A stretch of 61,108 nucleotides of DNA from the IMG/VR virus record IMGVR_UViG_3300045988_115760. One strand, 5' to 3'. Shown here in pieces: positions 32,212 through 40,141 of the stretch. A program made the position numbers and the translations under genes. Under the pieces are notes generated by a model. It saw nothing but the letters and a program-made list of their open reading frames with translations. It ran no database searches and was not told the origin of the DNA. The DNA is from a virus. Each line of letters begins with the position of its first letter. The stretch's first letter is position 1.

Positions 32212-32559
32212 ATGAAGATTTACGCTGATGAAATTAAGGCCATGGTGGAACGTGTTGACGCGAAACTAGCGCCGTTATGTGATTATGGGGGATTTAAGCC
32301 TTATGAGGGTATCTACCGGTTGGGCGACTGGGGGTATGTGACCGAAACCGAATACAACAAGGCCTTCGAGAGTGAAGCTGGCTGGGCCCAGGACGCTTAT
32401 ATTTTGGACAGCAACGGTGTAAGTCGCGCTACTATCTGCCATCTGATTAACGAGGATGATGACGGTAAGGCAATCTCTGATTACATCAACGAGTGTTTTG
32501 ACAACGACCAAATGGACAATGTTTTCTACACTGAAGCCACTGAGGATGGCGAGTGTTGA
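32212..32559 (+). CDS. Hypothetical acidic protein (115 aa; start at MKIYADE)
   Basis: RBS agggag upstream; Asp/Glu-rich C-terminus. Confidence 0.6.
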   Translation: MKIYADEIKAMVERVDAKLAPLCDYGGFKPYEGIYRLGDWGYVTETEYNKAFESEAGWAQDAYILDSNGVSRATICHLINEDDDGKAISDYINECFDNDQMDNVFYTEATEDGEC

Positions 32560-32726
32560 GAGTCCATCATGTTCTGCTTGTGGCCGCGCTAGTCGCGGCC
32601 ATTCTCTTTCTCAGGTGGGTTGGTTTTATCCAGCCGACTCCCCAATGTTCCACGCCTTACGGCGTTGATGATACCGCCACTTGCGTGTATGGCGATTACG
32701 CCTATCACCGTGGCGTGCAAATCTGA
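32553..32726 (+). CDS. Possible small membrane protein (57 aa, GTG start overlapping the upstream stop)
   Basis: Hydrophobic VLLVAALVAAILFLRWVGF; not in the supplied track (shorter than 60 aa); weak support. Confidence 0.3.
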   Translation: MLRVHHVLLVAALVAAILFLRWVGFIQPTPQCSTPYGVDDTATCVYGDYAYHRGVQI

Positions 32727-32757
32727 CAATCGATTTTTTGAAGTGAGGTAAATTCCG

Positions 32758-33516
32758 ATGAAGAAACTTGCTAATGATCCGTCGCGTAACGTGAATGCCG
32801 TAAGCGGCATGTGGGTACGACTACGCAAGGACGGCTCGAAATACGACGTGAGGTATGTCAACGCTAGGGTGAAACGAGTCTGGTCGTTGTCCCAAACGTC
32901 CGAGGGTACCGCGTGGAACGTTCAGTCCAGGGGAGTCCAGTATGAGGATTTTCTGAACGGCATGAAGTCAAGTTCGGTTGACCTTGAGCATGGCTGGTTG
33001 CTGGTGCCTGACTCGGAACGATGTGGAATCGTTCGGGTGCCGGTGCCTACCGGTATGGACGCGAAACGTGTGGCCGCCATTAAGGCTGATCCGCTGGTTG
33101 ATATGAACTGGCGCAATGATGGCGAACGGTTCCTGAGCGGCGTTCACTGGCCGGTGCCTGTACCTGTTGAAGATGAGAGCAAGTGGGCTGGTGAGGATGA
33201 GTTTCTGGATGATGAGCCGGCGCCGATTACTCAGGAGATTGCTGAAGTCCCGCCCAAGGTCAACACGTTTGCCGTGTCCTACGCGACTCTGCCTGACCTG
33301 ATGATGGCTAAGGAATGCCCGGAACTGCAAGGTTTGGGCCATATCAAGGCGTTCCGTACCAGCAAGGGTAAAAAGGTGGCGTACATCGCTTCGGCCAACG
33401 GCAAATGCGTAGTCGCCTACCGTGCAAGGTATGAGCGTGGCGGTGACAAGCAGTTAGAACAGGCGGTGGCCGATTACGTGGCCGTTGCCCGTGACCTGTG
33501 GGCTAAGGCGGCGTGA
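32758..33516 (+). CDS. Hypothetical protein (252 aa)
   Basis: Intact ORF; no recognisable motif. Confidence 0.6.
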   Translation: MKKLANDPSRNVNAVSGMWVRLRKDGSKYDVRYVNARVKRVWSLSQTSEGTAWNVQSRGVQYEDFLNGMKSSSVDLEHGWLLVPDSERCGIVRVPVPTGMDAKRVAAIKADPLVDMNWRNDGERFLSGVHWPVPVPVEDESKWAGEDEFLDDEPAPITQEIAEVPPKVNTFAVSYATLPDLMMAKECPELQGLGHIKAFRTSKGKKVAYIASANGKCVVAYRARYERGGDKQLEQAVADYVAVARDLWAKAA

Positions 33517-33517
33517 C

Positions 33518-33859
33518 ATGAGCGAGCTGAGAGACATGGCCACGCGACTGTTGTTGAAGTCGGCGTGGGAAATGGCTGACGACAACGAAGATGAGCTATC
33601 CGCCGTGTTCGATGGTCAGCATGGTTTCACGGATGATTTACGCCGGCGTGCCATCGATACCCTGGAGGGTGTCGGCTGTATGCCCAGTACGCCGCCTGAC
33701 CATGATGAAATGGAACGTTTGATAGCCGATTCCGGTTTGTCGTTGGACGTGCTGGATAAGAGAGCGCGTGAGATCTACGACTGCGGTTATTCCACCACGT
33801 ATCAGCGTTATCAGACGGCTATCGTCATGCTTATCGATGATTTGCTGGGGGTGGATTGA
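33518..33859 (+). CDS. Hypothetical acidic protein (113 aa; start at MSELRD)
   Basis: ATG directly after the upstream stop (tgacatg). Confidence 0.55.
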   Translation: MSELRDMATRLLLKSAWEMADDNEDELSAVFDGQHGFTDDLRRRAIDTLEGVGCMPSTPPDHDEMERLIADSGLSLDVLDKRAREIYDCGYSTTYQRYQTAIVMLIDDLLGVD

Positions 33860-34041
33860 TGGAAATCAAAATACCTACGAGCAAGATTCGTGAGGTTATG
33901 GAGTCGTCGGGGGCCGTGTACACGCCGGATAATATCGCGGCGGTGCGCGCCAACATTCCACGGCATAAAACCGATTTGATACTGGCGGCGTTGAACGCGA
34001 CGATCCTACCGGATTCACGGTTCGCGCTGCCACTGTTCTAA
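33856..34041 (+). CDS. Hypothetical protein (61 aa)
   Basis: ATGA overlap with the upstream gene. Confidence 0.5.
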   Translation: MMEIKIPTSKIREVMESSGAVYTPDNIAAVRANIPRHKTDLILAALNATILPDSRFALPLF

Positions 34042-34053
34042 GGAGCTTTTCAA

Positions 34054-34347
34054 ATGACCACTTACTATATGCAAGACAAGAATGACTATTACCGTTACAC
34101 TCGAATCAGCAAGCCACGCGCCTACTGGGAGTGGCTGACCGACGCAGTGGAATGGCTGGTCAGCTGGCATGAGATCAACCCGTGCACGTTCCATCACTGC
34201 GGTTGGCGTTTCTGGCACTGGGTGTCCGCATGGGCCTACTGCGAGGCTATGGAAGGTGGCTATATTGCGGAGCAGTCCTATCTTGACTCATATTGCAAGG
34301 TGGAGTATTCCGACAATGGCCGTGTGGCGGTCATCCGCGCCTATTGA
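34054..34347 (+). CDS. Hypothetical Trp/Tyr-rich protein (97 aa)
   Basis: RBS aaggag upstream. Confidence 0.55.
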   Translation: MTTYYMQDKNDYYRYTRISKPRAYWEWLTDAVEWLVSWHEINPCTFHHCGWRFWHWVSAWAYCEAMEGGYIAEQSYLDSYCKVEYSDNGRVAVIRAY

Positions 34348-34431
34348 TTCCTGCCGCCTGGCGTTTTCCTCACTTCCGCTGGGCGGCATCCCATACCTAT
34401 AAACCAAACCAATACTTTTTAGGAGATTATT

Positions 34432-34734
34432 ATGAGCGCCACTATCAAACTTACGTTGAGCGACTACAGCGTCCGAGAACGCTTGGACGGCTGGTGGCGT
34501 ATCCCTACGGTCGCCCAATACTTGTATCCCAATGGCGAAACCCAACAGTTCATGAACATGCTGGACGAACTGGACGGCGTGGTACACGATACTGAGGCAC
34601 AGTATGAAGACAGGTTCTCGTTCGATGATTACGCTGATTTTCTTGAGAGTCTGGCACCTGAATATCGCAGGGCGTTTCCCATCGCGCCGGACGGGTGGAA
34701 ACACAAGGCGGGTGAGATTTACATCTACTGGTAA
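34432..34734 (+). CDS. Hypothetical acidic protein (100 aa)
   Basis: RBS aggag upstream. Confidence 0.55.
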   Translation: MSATIKLTLSDYSVRERLDGWWRIPTVAQYLYPNGETQQFMNMLDELDGVVHDTEAQYEDRFSFDDYADFLESLAPEYRRAFPIAPDGWKHKAGEIYIYW

Positions 34735-34760
34735 AAATTCGGATACTATTCTATCCCAAT

Positions 34761-34781
34761 ATGGTATATGATTGATACCAT
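34761..34781. promoter_or_regulatory. 7-bp inverted repeat atggtat-N7-ataccat upstream of the TA pair; candidate autoregulatory operator
   Basis: Read directly; lies about 25 bp upstream of the antitoxin ATG, in an AT-rich stretch. Confidence 0.5.
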
Positions 34782-34805
34782 CTGTTAACCGTTAAGGAGG
34801 TTGTT

Positions 34806-35090
34806 ATGGGTAAGCTGGTAGCCAATATCGATGATGATGTCAAGGCGCGTGCCGCCGCGCTCTACGATTCCATGGGCATGAGCCTGAGCACCGCCGTCAA
34901 CATGTTCCTACGCCAGTCTCTGGTGGACAACGGGTTGCCGTTCAAGCCGACGCGGCACACGCCGGACGGTTATCCGGTGCCGCCTGTTCACAATGCATAC
35001 ATGTTCGAGCGTTCGGAGAAGGGCCATGTGATACTGCCCGCCGATTGGGATGATTCGGAGGATGATGTCTATGACCAGTACGCCAAGTGA
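34806..35090 (+). CDS. RelB/DinJ-family antitoxin (94 aa)
   Basis: LSTAVNMFLRQSLVDNGLPF matches the DinJ ribbon-helix-helix C-terminal helix pattern; strong RBS aaggagg. Confidence 0.72.
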   Translation: MGKLVANIDDDVKARAAALYDSMGMSLSTAVNMFLRQSLVDNGLPFKPTRHTPDGYPVPPVHNAYMFERSEKGHVILPADWDDSEDDVYDQYAK

Positions 35091-35439
35091 ACCGCGCCTG
35101 TATGACGTGTGGCTGATGTGGGTCGAGTTTCCCGACCATCCCGGTATCGGGAAGCCGCGTCCGGTGGTTATCACCGAGGTTGACGGTGATCTGGTGTCGG
35201 GTATCGTGGCGAAGATAACCGGCAACACTGATTGGGATGAGGCCGGTGACGTGCCGCTGCTCGACTGGAAGGCCGAGGGGCTGTTGAAGCCGTCACTCGT
35301 GCGCTGTTCGCAACGCTTCTACTTCAACAGGAGCGAACTGCTGCAATGGTTCGGACGACTCTCGTTGAGGGACGCGGAGCATGTTAACGACGGATTGGAA
35401 GCCACGTTGGACATTCCACCATACAGGCGGAGCGTATAG
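35071..35439 (+). CDS. MazF/PemK-family toxin (122 aa; start at MTSTPS, overlapping the antitoxin by 20 nt)
   Basis: YDVWLMWVEFPDHPGIGKPRPVVIT matches the PemK N-terminal pattern (GD-W-V-F-P..G.E..K.RP.V.). Confidence 0.72.
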   Translation: MTSTPSEPRLYDVWLMWVEFPDHPGIGKPRPVVITEVDGDLVSGIVAKITGNTDWDEAGDVPLLDWKAEGLLKPSLVRCSQRFYFNRSELLQWFGRLSLRDAEHVNDGLEATLDIPPYRRSV

Positions 35440-35453
35440 CCGTTATCGTTTTC

Positions 35454-35484
35454 ATGGCCTCATGGACTTGTTCTATGAGGCCAT
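35454..35484 (+). terminator. 10-bp-stem hairpin after the TA pair
   Basis: atggcctcat-ggacttgttct-atgaggccat; a second imperfect hairpin lies at about 35507..35540. Confidence 0.45.
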
Positions 35485-35627
35485 TCTTATAGAAACCATC
35501 ATTTAGAACCGCATCATAGGGCTTTCTATGGTGCGGTTTTCACATAAATCAGCATTTAGACGGGACTTTAGAGCGTTCTATTGTTCCGTCAATCGTTTTA
35601 CCGAACAATACAAAGGAAGGTTTTGTC

Positions 35628-36173
35628 ATGGAAGACAAGTTGGAGAATTTGCAGGCGTTGATTGAGGGCTCGGGGCTAGGGGATGTATGCCAAAAGGTGC
35701 GGGGCATGCCCGAGGCGCGGGTCCTGTGGGTATTGGATGGATATAAGGTTGATGGGTTGCCGTCCGGCCGTGAGTTTTTCGTCGAATGGGATTCGCTGGA
35801 GCACGTGCGACACCAGTTGAGGGAGCTTGCGGACGGCGGCTATGATGCCGGCGATGATGTGGCCCAGATGATGAATGACCTTGTGCCTGTCGATACGGCG
35901 TACAGTCGCATGCGCAAGGTCCGTGCCAGTTTGAAGTTTTTCGCCGCGATGGCGGAGGGCGACGGTATGGAGACCTACCGTATCTCCCAGCATGTCACGA
36001 CAGTCGAATACCGGCAGGTCAAGGCCCCCAAGGGATTGACCTTCGCCGAACTGCGCGATTGGGTGGGGGAGAACGGTGACGGCGACCTATACGACGTTGA
36101 CGATATCGGCAGTGACGTGTTCGCCGCCAGTCGCCAGGATGGTACGGAACTTGATTCCAGGGAGTCGGAATGA
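35628..36173 (+). CDS. Hypothetical acidic protein (181 aa)
   Basis: RBS aaaggaagg upstream. Confidence 0.6.
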   Translation: MEDKLENLQALIEGSGLGDVCQKVRGMPEARVLWVLDGYKVDGLPSGREFFVEWDSLEHVRHQLRELADGGYDAGDDVAQMMNDLVPVDTAYSRMRKVRASLKFFAAMAEGDGMETYRISQHVTTVEYRQVKAPKGLTFAELRDWVGENGDGDLYDVDDIGSDVFAASRQDGTELDSRESE

Positions 36174-36397
36174 TTACCGCTGTCTACCGTTATGAGCGTT
36201 TCGACCCGGCCACGAACACGGAACTGTGGCGACGCATACCCGGCTGGAGGTTGCGTCTCATGTGGCTTCAGGCATGGGTAAAGCGCGATAAGGCGGCTCG
36301 AATCTCATATCGGGCTTGGCTGTACGCGAATGCTTCGGGCGGCGGTCAATGGTTGGCCGCTGACATGTTGGACTGGAATCAGGAGGTAATCAAATGA
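36170..36397 (+). CDS. Hypothetical protein (75 aa)
   Basis: ATGA overlap with the upstream gene. Confidence 0.5.
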   Translation: MITAVYRYERFDPATNTELWRRIPGWRLRLMWLQAWVKRDKAARISYRAWLYANASGGGQWLAADMLDWNQEVIK

Positions 36398-37149
36398 GCA
36401 TCGTATGCAAGACAATTAACACGACCGGCAAGCACCTGTATGGCGTCACGGTGGAAGCGTTTCTACGAAAGGGACTACCATATTTCAGTCTTATCGGATC
36501 ACCGGACGCAAGCCTATCCGATACGCGAGAGCGTATCAAGGTCGGAATGCAAGCAAGCGGTATCACATGGCCCGACTGTCGCATCAACGTGAATCTTGCG
36601 CCGGCGTCAATGGGCAAGGCTGACGGAATTTGTGACCTTGCCATAGCGTTGGTGGTTCGAGGGCTGGCTGAATACAATAATAATCCAGATTATGATCTCC
36701 ACGTCTACCTGGCTGGGCTTAGGGGGCTTGTGGCTATCGGCAAAATCAATGCCGATGGTGACGTGCATTCCACTCCCATTAGCGCCAAGGACGTAGTGGC
36801 CTACGCGGTTAAGCATGGCGCGAAGCGTGTCTTGGTGCCATACTCGAGCTTTCTGGACTATCTCAGCGTTGAGGATAGCGAGGCGACTGAGATTGATTCT
36901 TGCATTATAAAAGGCGTTGAAATTCTTGGCATTAAAAATCTGACCGAGGCTTTCTCAGTCGTTGACGGTTTCGGGAACGCCGGCAACTCGGATATCGGCG
37001 GTCTGAACGCCAAGCGTATGGAAGCTGCCTTGCATGAGGTGTGGAAATGGTATGACGAAGCGGGGGAGAGCGGGGAAAGCTATATGCTTGACCCGGATAA
37101 TCTCGCCAAGTTCGCCGCCAACCTATGCAAGGAATACGAAAAACACTGA
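36394..37149 (+). CDS. ComM/YifB (Mg-chelatase ChlI) N-terminal Lon-like domain protein, without the AAA+ module
   Basis: GLPYFSLIGSPDASLSDTRERIKVGMQASGITWPDCRINVNLAPASMGKADGICDLAIAL follows the ComM N-terminal pattern (GLP.F.IVGLPD....ES.ERV..A...SGF.FP..RITVNLAPAD..KEG..FDL.IA). Confidence 0.65.
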   Translation: MSIVCKTINTTGKHLYGVTVEAFLRKGLPYFSLIGSPDASLSDTRERIKVGMQASGITWPDCRINVNLAPASMGKADGICDLAIALVVRGLAEYNNNPDYDLHVYLAGLRGLVAIGKINADGDVHSTPISAKDVVAYAVKHGAKRVLVPYSSFLDYLSVEDSEATEIDSCIIKGVEILGIKNLTEAFSVVDGFGNAGNSDIGGLNAKRMEAALHEVWKWYDEAGESGESYMLDPDNLAKFAANLCKEYEKH

Positions 37150-37257
37150 TACACTGGAGGCCACGGGACTCTCTTGTGGCCTTCTGGGAATTAGCGAACC
37201 AAGTACAAGAGGCATGATGTTTCGTCATGCCCGAATATTCTTTCAGGAGGAACTATC

Positions 37258-37506
37258 ATGTCCATCAAAACCACCATCGTCCACATGCCCAGCGGAAAAT
37301 GGCGTTTGGAAACCCGTCAAGGCGCATGGCCGATAAACCGCAATTGGAATGGGTTCAACACGTGGCCGGAATACGATCACAAGCCTACGAAAGAGGAAGT
37401 GGATGTGTTCGCACGTGAACTGTTCAAGGCCATGTTCGGTGTGGAGCCGATATTCATTGGTATGGAAGATGACGAATACGAATACGATTCACGTGCCGGT
37501 CTTTGA
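37258..37506 (+). CDS. Hypothetical protein (82 aa)
   Basis: RBS aggagg upstream; last gene of the rightward block. Confidence 0.55.
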   Translation: MSIKTTIVHMPSGKWRLETRQGAWPINRNWNGFNTWPEYDHKPTKEEVDVFARELFKAMFGVEPIFIGMEDDEYEYDSRAGL

Positions 37507-37560
37507 CGGATAAGTGGAAAACGTGGGCCCGATTATACGAAAACATGCTTTTCATTCACT

Positions 37561-37603
37561 GAAACCCGTGAAGATCAATAAAAAATAGATTTTCACGGGT
37601 TTC
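37561..37603. terminator. Bidirectional terminator hairpin between convergent blocks
   Basis: gaaacccgtgaa-(19-nt AT-rich loop)-ttcacgggtttc, 12-bp stem. Confidence 0.65.
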
Positions 37604-37667
37604 AAGCTATGATAGGCGTGTTATAAGACGCCGCTGCCTCTCGTGGAAGCACACTAGGGCGGCATTC

Positions 37668-38180
37668 TTATTCCTCCTTTGCCGATTTGATGGCTCCGTC
37701 CAGAAATTCCATCGTGCAGCGGAACAGTTCGGATTGCACGTATGCGACAAGCTCATTTGAGACCGTCATGTGCTTGCATGCCTTGGCTTTGTGTCGGTAT
37801 CCGAGAATCTCGGCGTTGTACAAGCCCATCGCAGCATGCACGCACTCATGGCTGACGATATGCGGCAGCAGGTGTTCGCGGCTCAAATAGATCACGCACA
37901 TGGGGGAGTTCCCGTATTTCACCACATTGGTCTGCGTGTCGATTGGCGCGGACTGCATGAGGGTGATTCCGGCTGTGTCGTTTTCGAACGCGGCATCTCC
38001 AATCGGCCTGTCGAGGTCATTGGATTCGATGGAGGATTCCACCAAGTCGATGCAGGCGGCTCTCCGCATGGTTTCCTCAGTGTCGTACACGCGGACTTCC
38101 ACGCTGACCTTATGCGAGAACTCGGTCAGGTCGATGATGCAGCGTTCGTATTTAAACGACGCGGTTTTCTCTTCGGTCAT
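37668..38180 (-). CDS. Hypothetical protein with an HExxH motif (putative metallopeptidase-like), 170 aa
   Basis: IVSHECVHAAMG; lower GC than the flanking sequence. Confidence 0.55.
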   Translation of the reverse strand: MTEEKTASFKYERCIIDLTEFSHKVSVEVRVYDTEETMRRAACIDLVESSIESNDLDRPIGDAAFENDTAGITLMQSAPIDTQTNVVKYGNSPMCVIYLSREHLLPHIVSHECVHAAMGLYNAEILGYRHKAKACKHMTVSNELVAYVQSELFRCTMEFLDGAIKSAKEE

Positions 38181-38250
38181 GGTTTCCTCGTGGATTCGAT
38201 AAGGATGATTAGACTCAGCAACATTATGAACAAAGCTATGGGGAGAATGC

Positions 38251-38604
38251 TCATAGCTTGCCTTTTGCTTTTCTCATGTAGTATCCCTCAGCGGACAATA
38301 CTTCGAGTGGATTGATGTTGCGAAGCACGTCAACCCATGTAGGGTAGGGGGTGAAAACATTCGGGCCGAGATCACCAATGACGAAGAACCATATAGATCC
38401 ACCTCTAAAGACGATAAGTTTCAGCCATTTCCGGTTCGGATAATCGACTTTCAGCCAGTACTCGCCATCCTGTTGTGGTTCCTCCAAGCGTGGCCTCTTG
38501 GGTGCGGGACGGGTGGCATAGGCGAAATCCTCCTCATAGACAACGAGAAACACTGAAACCGGTTCCTTTTTCGACTCCCAGCTTCCATGTGGCGGAAACA
38601 CCAA
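38251..38604 (-). CDS. Hypothetical protein (about 117 aa, TTG/GTG start)
   Basis: Open frame with RBS-like gagggagacggag upstream; overlaps a 54-codon GTG ORF (38539..38703) in another frame. Confidence 0.4.
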   Translation of the reverse strand: MVFPPHGSWESKKEPVSVFLVVYEEDFAYATRPAPKRPRLEEPQQDGEYWLKVDYPNRKWLKLIVFRGGSIWFFVIGDLGPNVFTPYPTWVDVLRNINPLEVLSAEGYYMRKAKGKL

Positions 38605-38700
38605 CTCCGTCTCCCTCGACCTTAATCATAGAATGCCAATCAGTGCGGGACATCAAATCGCCGGGCTTCAGGTCATCCCAGCCGACGCGAATCTTCTTGC

Positions 38701-39399
38701 TCACCTGTGGTTCTCCTTGCCGATATCGCTGAATCGTGTGTAAAGCCGGTCGTTCACGACGTACATGTTGTAATCATCCTGTTGGATGTACCACCAGCGT
38801 TTTTGATGGCCGGCCTTCAGATACTTCTCGCACGTGTGGTCGATGGTGTTGTCAGGGTTGACCTTCTGCCTGAACGACAATTCATCAACCACGTTGCTAT
38901 CGGCCACGAGACCGGCTATCCGGTCGATACGCTCCGGCGTGAAATCGGGAGTGACCACGTACACGACACGCACCTTCTGACTGTCGAACCATTTGCGGGG
39001 CAATGCCAACGCCACGTCATCGGACAAGCTCGTGGGACGCATGTGATACACCACGCGGCTGAACCTGACCTGCTGCATGACTTGAGCCACGTTGCGTCCG
39101 CATTGGAAGTAGCTGGTGTGCATCTCGGTTTCCGTAAGACAGTCTCCGGCCCTGCGTATCGCCTCCCGGTAGAAGGCGACACGTTTCGACGCTTCCGGCT
39201 CGCGCATGGGGAACAGGGGGTCTCCGCCGCCGCTGAAGCTCAGGAACCTCATGGGGTGGTGTTCGCTTTCACGGCTGATGGTCCGCAGCGTGGCCTGCAT
39301 GTCCGTCACCGGCACGTTCAATCCGGTTTTCCTTACGATGCAGTAGGGGCATGTCCAATGACAGCCGAAATTCGTGATAACCGAATAATGTCCGTTCAT
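38701..39399 (-). CDS. Radical SAM enzyme (232 aa), subfamily unassigned
   Basis: CxxxCxxC cluster at residues 13-20 (FGCHWTCPYC) and a SAM-binding SFSGGGDPLF motif. Confidence 0.8.
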   Translation of the reverse strand: MNGHYSVITNFGCHWTCPYCIVRKTGLNVPVTDMQATLRTISRESEHHPMRFLSFSGGGDPLFPMREPEASKRVAFYREAIRRAGDCLTETEMHTSYFQCGRNVAQVMQQVRFSRVVYHMRPTSLSDDVALALPRKWFDSQKVRVVYVVTPDFTPERIDRIAGLVADSNVVDELSFRQKVNPDNTIDHTCEKYLKAGHQKRWWYIQQDDYNMYVVNDRLYTRFSDIGKENHR

Positions 39400-39887
39400 T
39401 GTGTTTCTCCGATCAGTTGTTCCATTTCACTCACGTTGTCCTGCTTGCGTTTCAACGCCACGCAACGACGTATCCACTCGTGTTTGCGCTGATAGACGTT
39501 GGTTATCCCATCGTTGCCCAACAGTTCGTTGCATGAGCAGACAAGCTGGGGAATATCCGACTCGGTATCCGGTTGCACGGTGGGTTTCTCCCCGCAGACA
39601 GGGCATTCGGGAACTGGCACGGCAACAATTGTCCTTAACAGTCTGCAACCGATATTCCACTTCGGAACGTCCTTGTCCTCAAACGGGGCAAACGAGAAGA
39701 TACTCGCGGAATGATCGCACCACTCCGAGAGCAGCCACACGGAGTCTTCCTGACAGTAGTAGCGGGTAAGGATGTCGTCGTATACATACTTCGGCTTGGG
39801 TGTGCGTCCGCAGATAGGGCATGGCTCCAACACCGGTAGCTTAGGTTCCGGCTCCTCCAAGTGCAGCAGTCGCTTCAGCCAGTTCAT
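39396..39887 (-). CDS. Tandem zinc-ribbon protein, Lar-like x2 (163 aa)
   Basis: EPCPICGRTP...C...C and PECPVCGEKP...CSC; ATGA overlap with the radical SAM gene. Confidence 0.6.
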   Translation of the reverse strand: MNWLKRLLHLEEPEPKLPVLEPCPICGRTPKPKYVYDDILTRYYCQEDSVWLLSEWCDHSASIFSFAPFEDKDVPKWNIGCRLLRTIVAVPVPECPVCGEKPTVQPDTESDIPQLVCSCNELLGNDGITNVYQRKHEWIRRCVALKRKQDNVSEMEQLIGETQ

Positions 39888-40141
39888 ACGTTCCTCGATT
39901 CCATCGACTCGTTGAACGCCTTCTGGAACGCATAAACCCCGGCTTTAACGGCCTTTTCGACGGAACTGTCGGGCGGCAGCGTCACTGTCACGTGCGCGCG
40001 TGGCTGCATGTCGTCGCCTATGAACACGCTGTCCGGTTCCAGTTCGCCCGCCACCGGGACTTCCACGGTGAACGTGGCTAGTTGAAGCGCCTTGGAGTAC
40101 AAGCTCAATTCCACTTCCGTGGTACCAAGATTGATGCTCAT
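39884..40141 (-). CDS. Hypothetical protein (85 aa; start at MSINLG)
   Basis: ATGA overlaps on both sides; the upstream part of the 155-aa ORF overlaps the antirepressor gene. Confidence 0.5.
   Translation of the reverse strand: MSINLGTTEVELSLYSKALQLATFTVEVPVAGELEPDSVFIGDDMQPRAHVTVTLPPDSSVEKAVKAGVYAFQKAFNESMESRNV

Noticed and set aside
38539-38703. 54-codon GTG ORF overlapping 38251..38604, considered as a frameshifted single gene
   Set aside because: The two frames are related by +1, not -1. There is no slippery heptamer, only an A5 run. The downstream frame has its own RBS-like sequence. Overlapping genes or an indel cannot be distinguished without reads or homologs.
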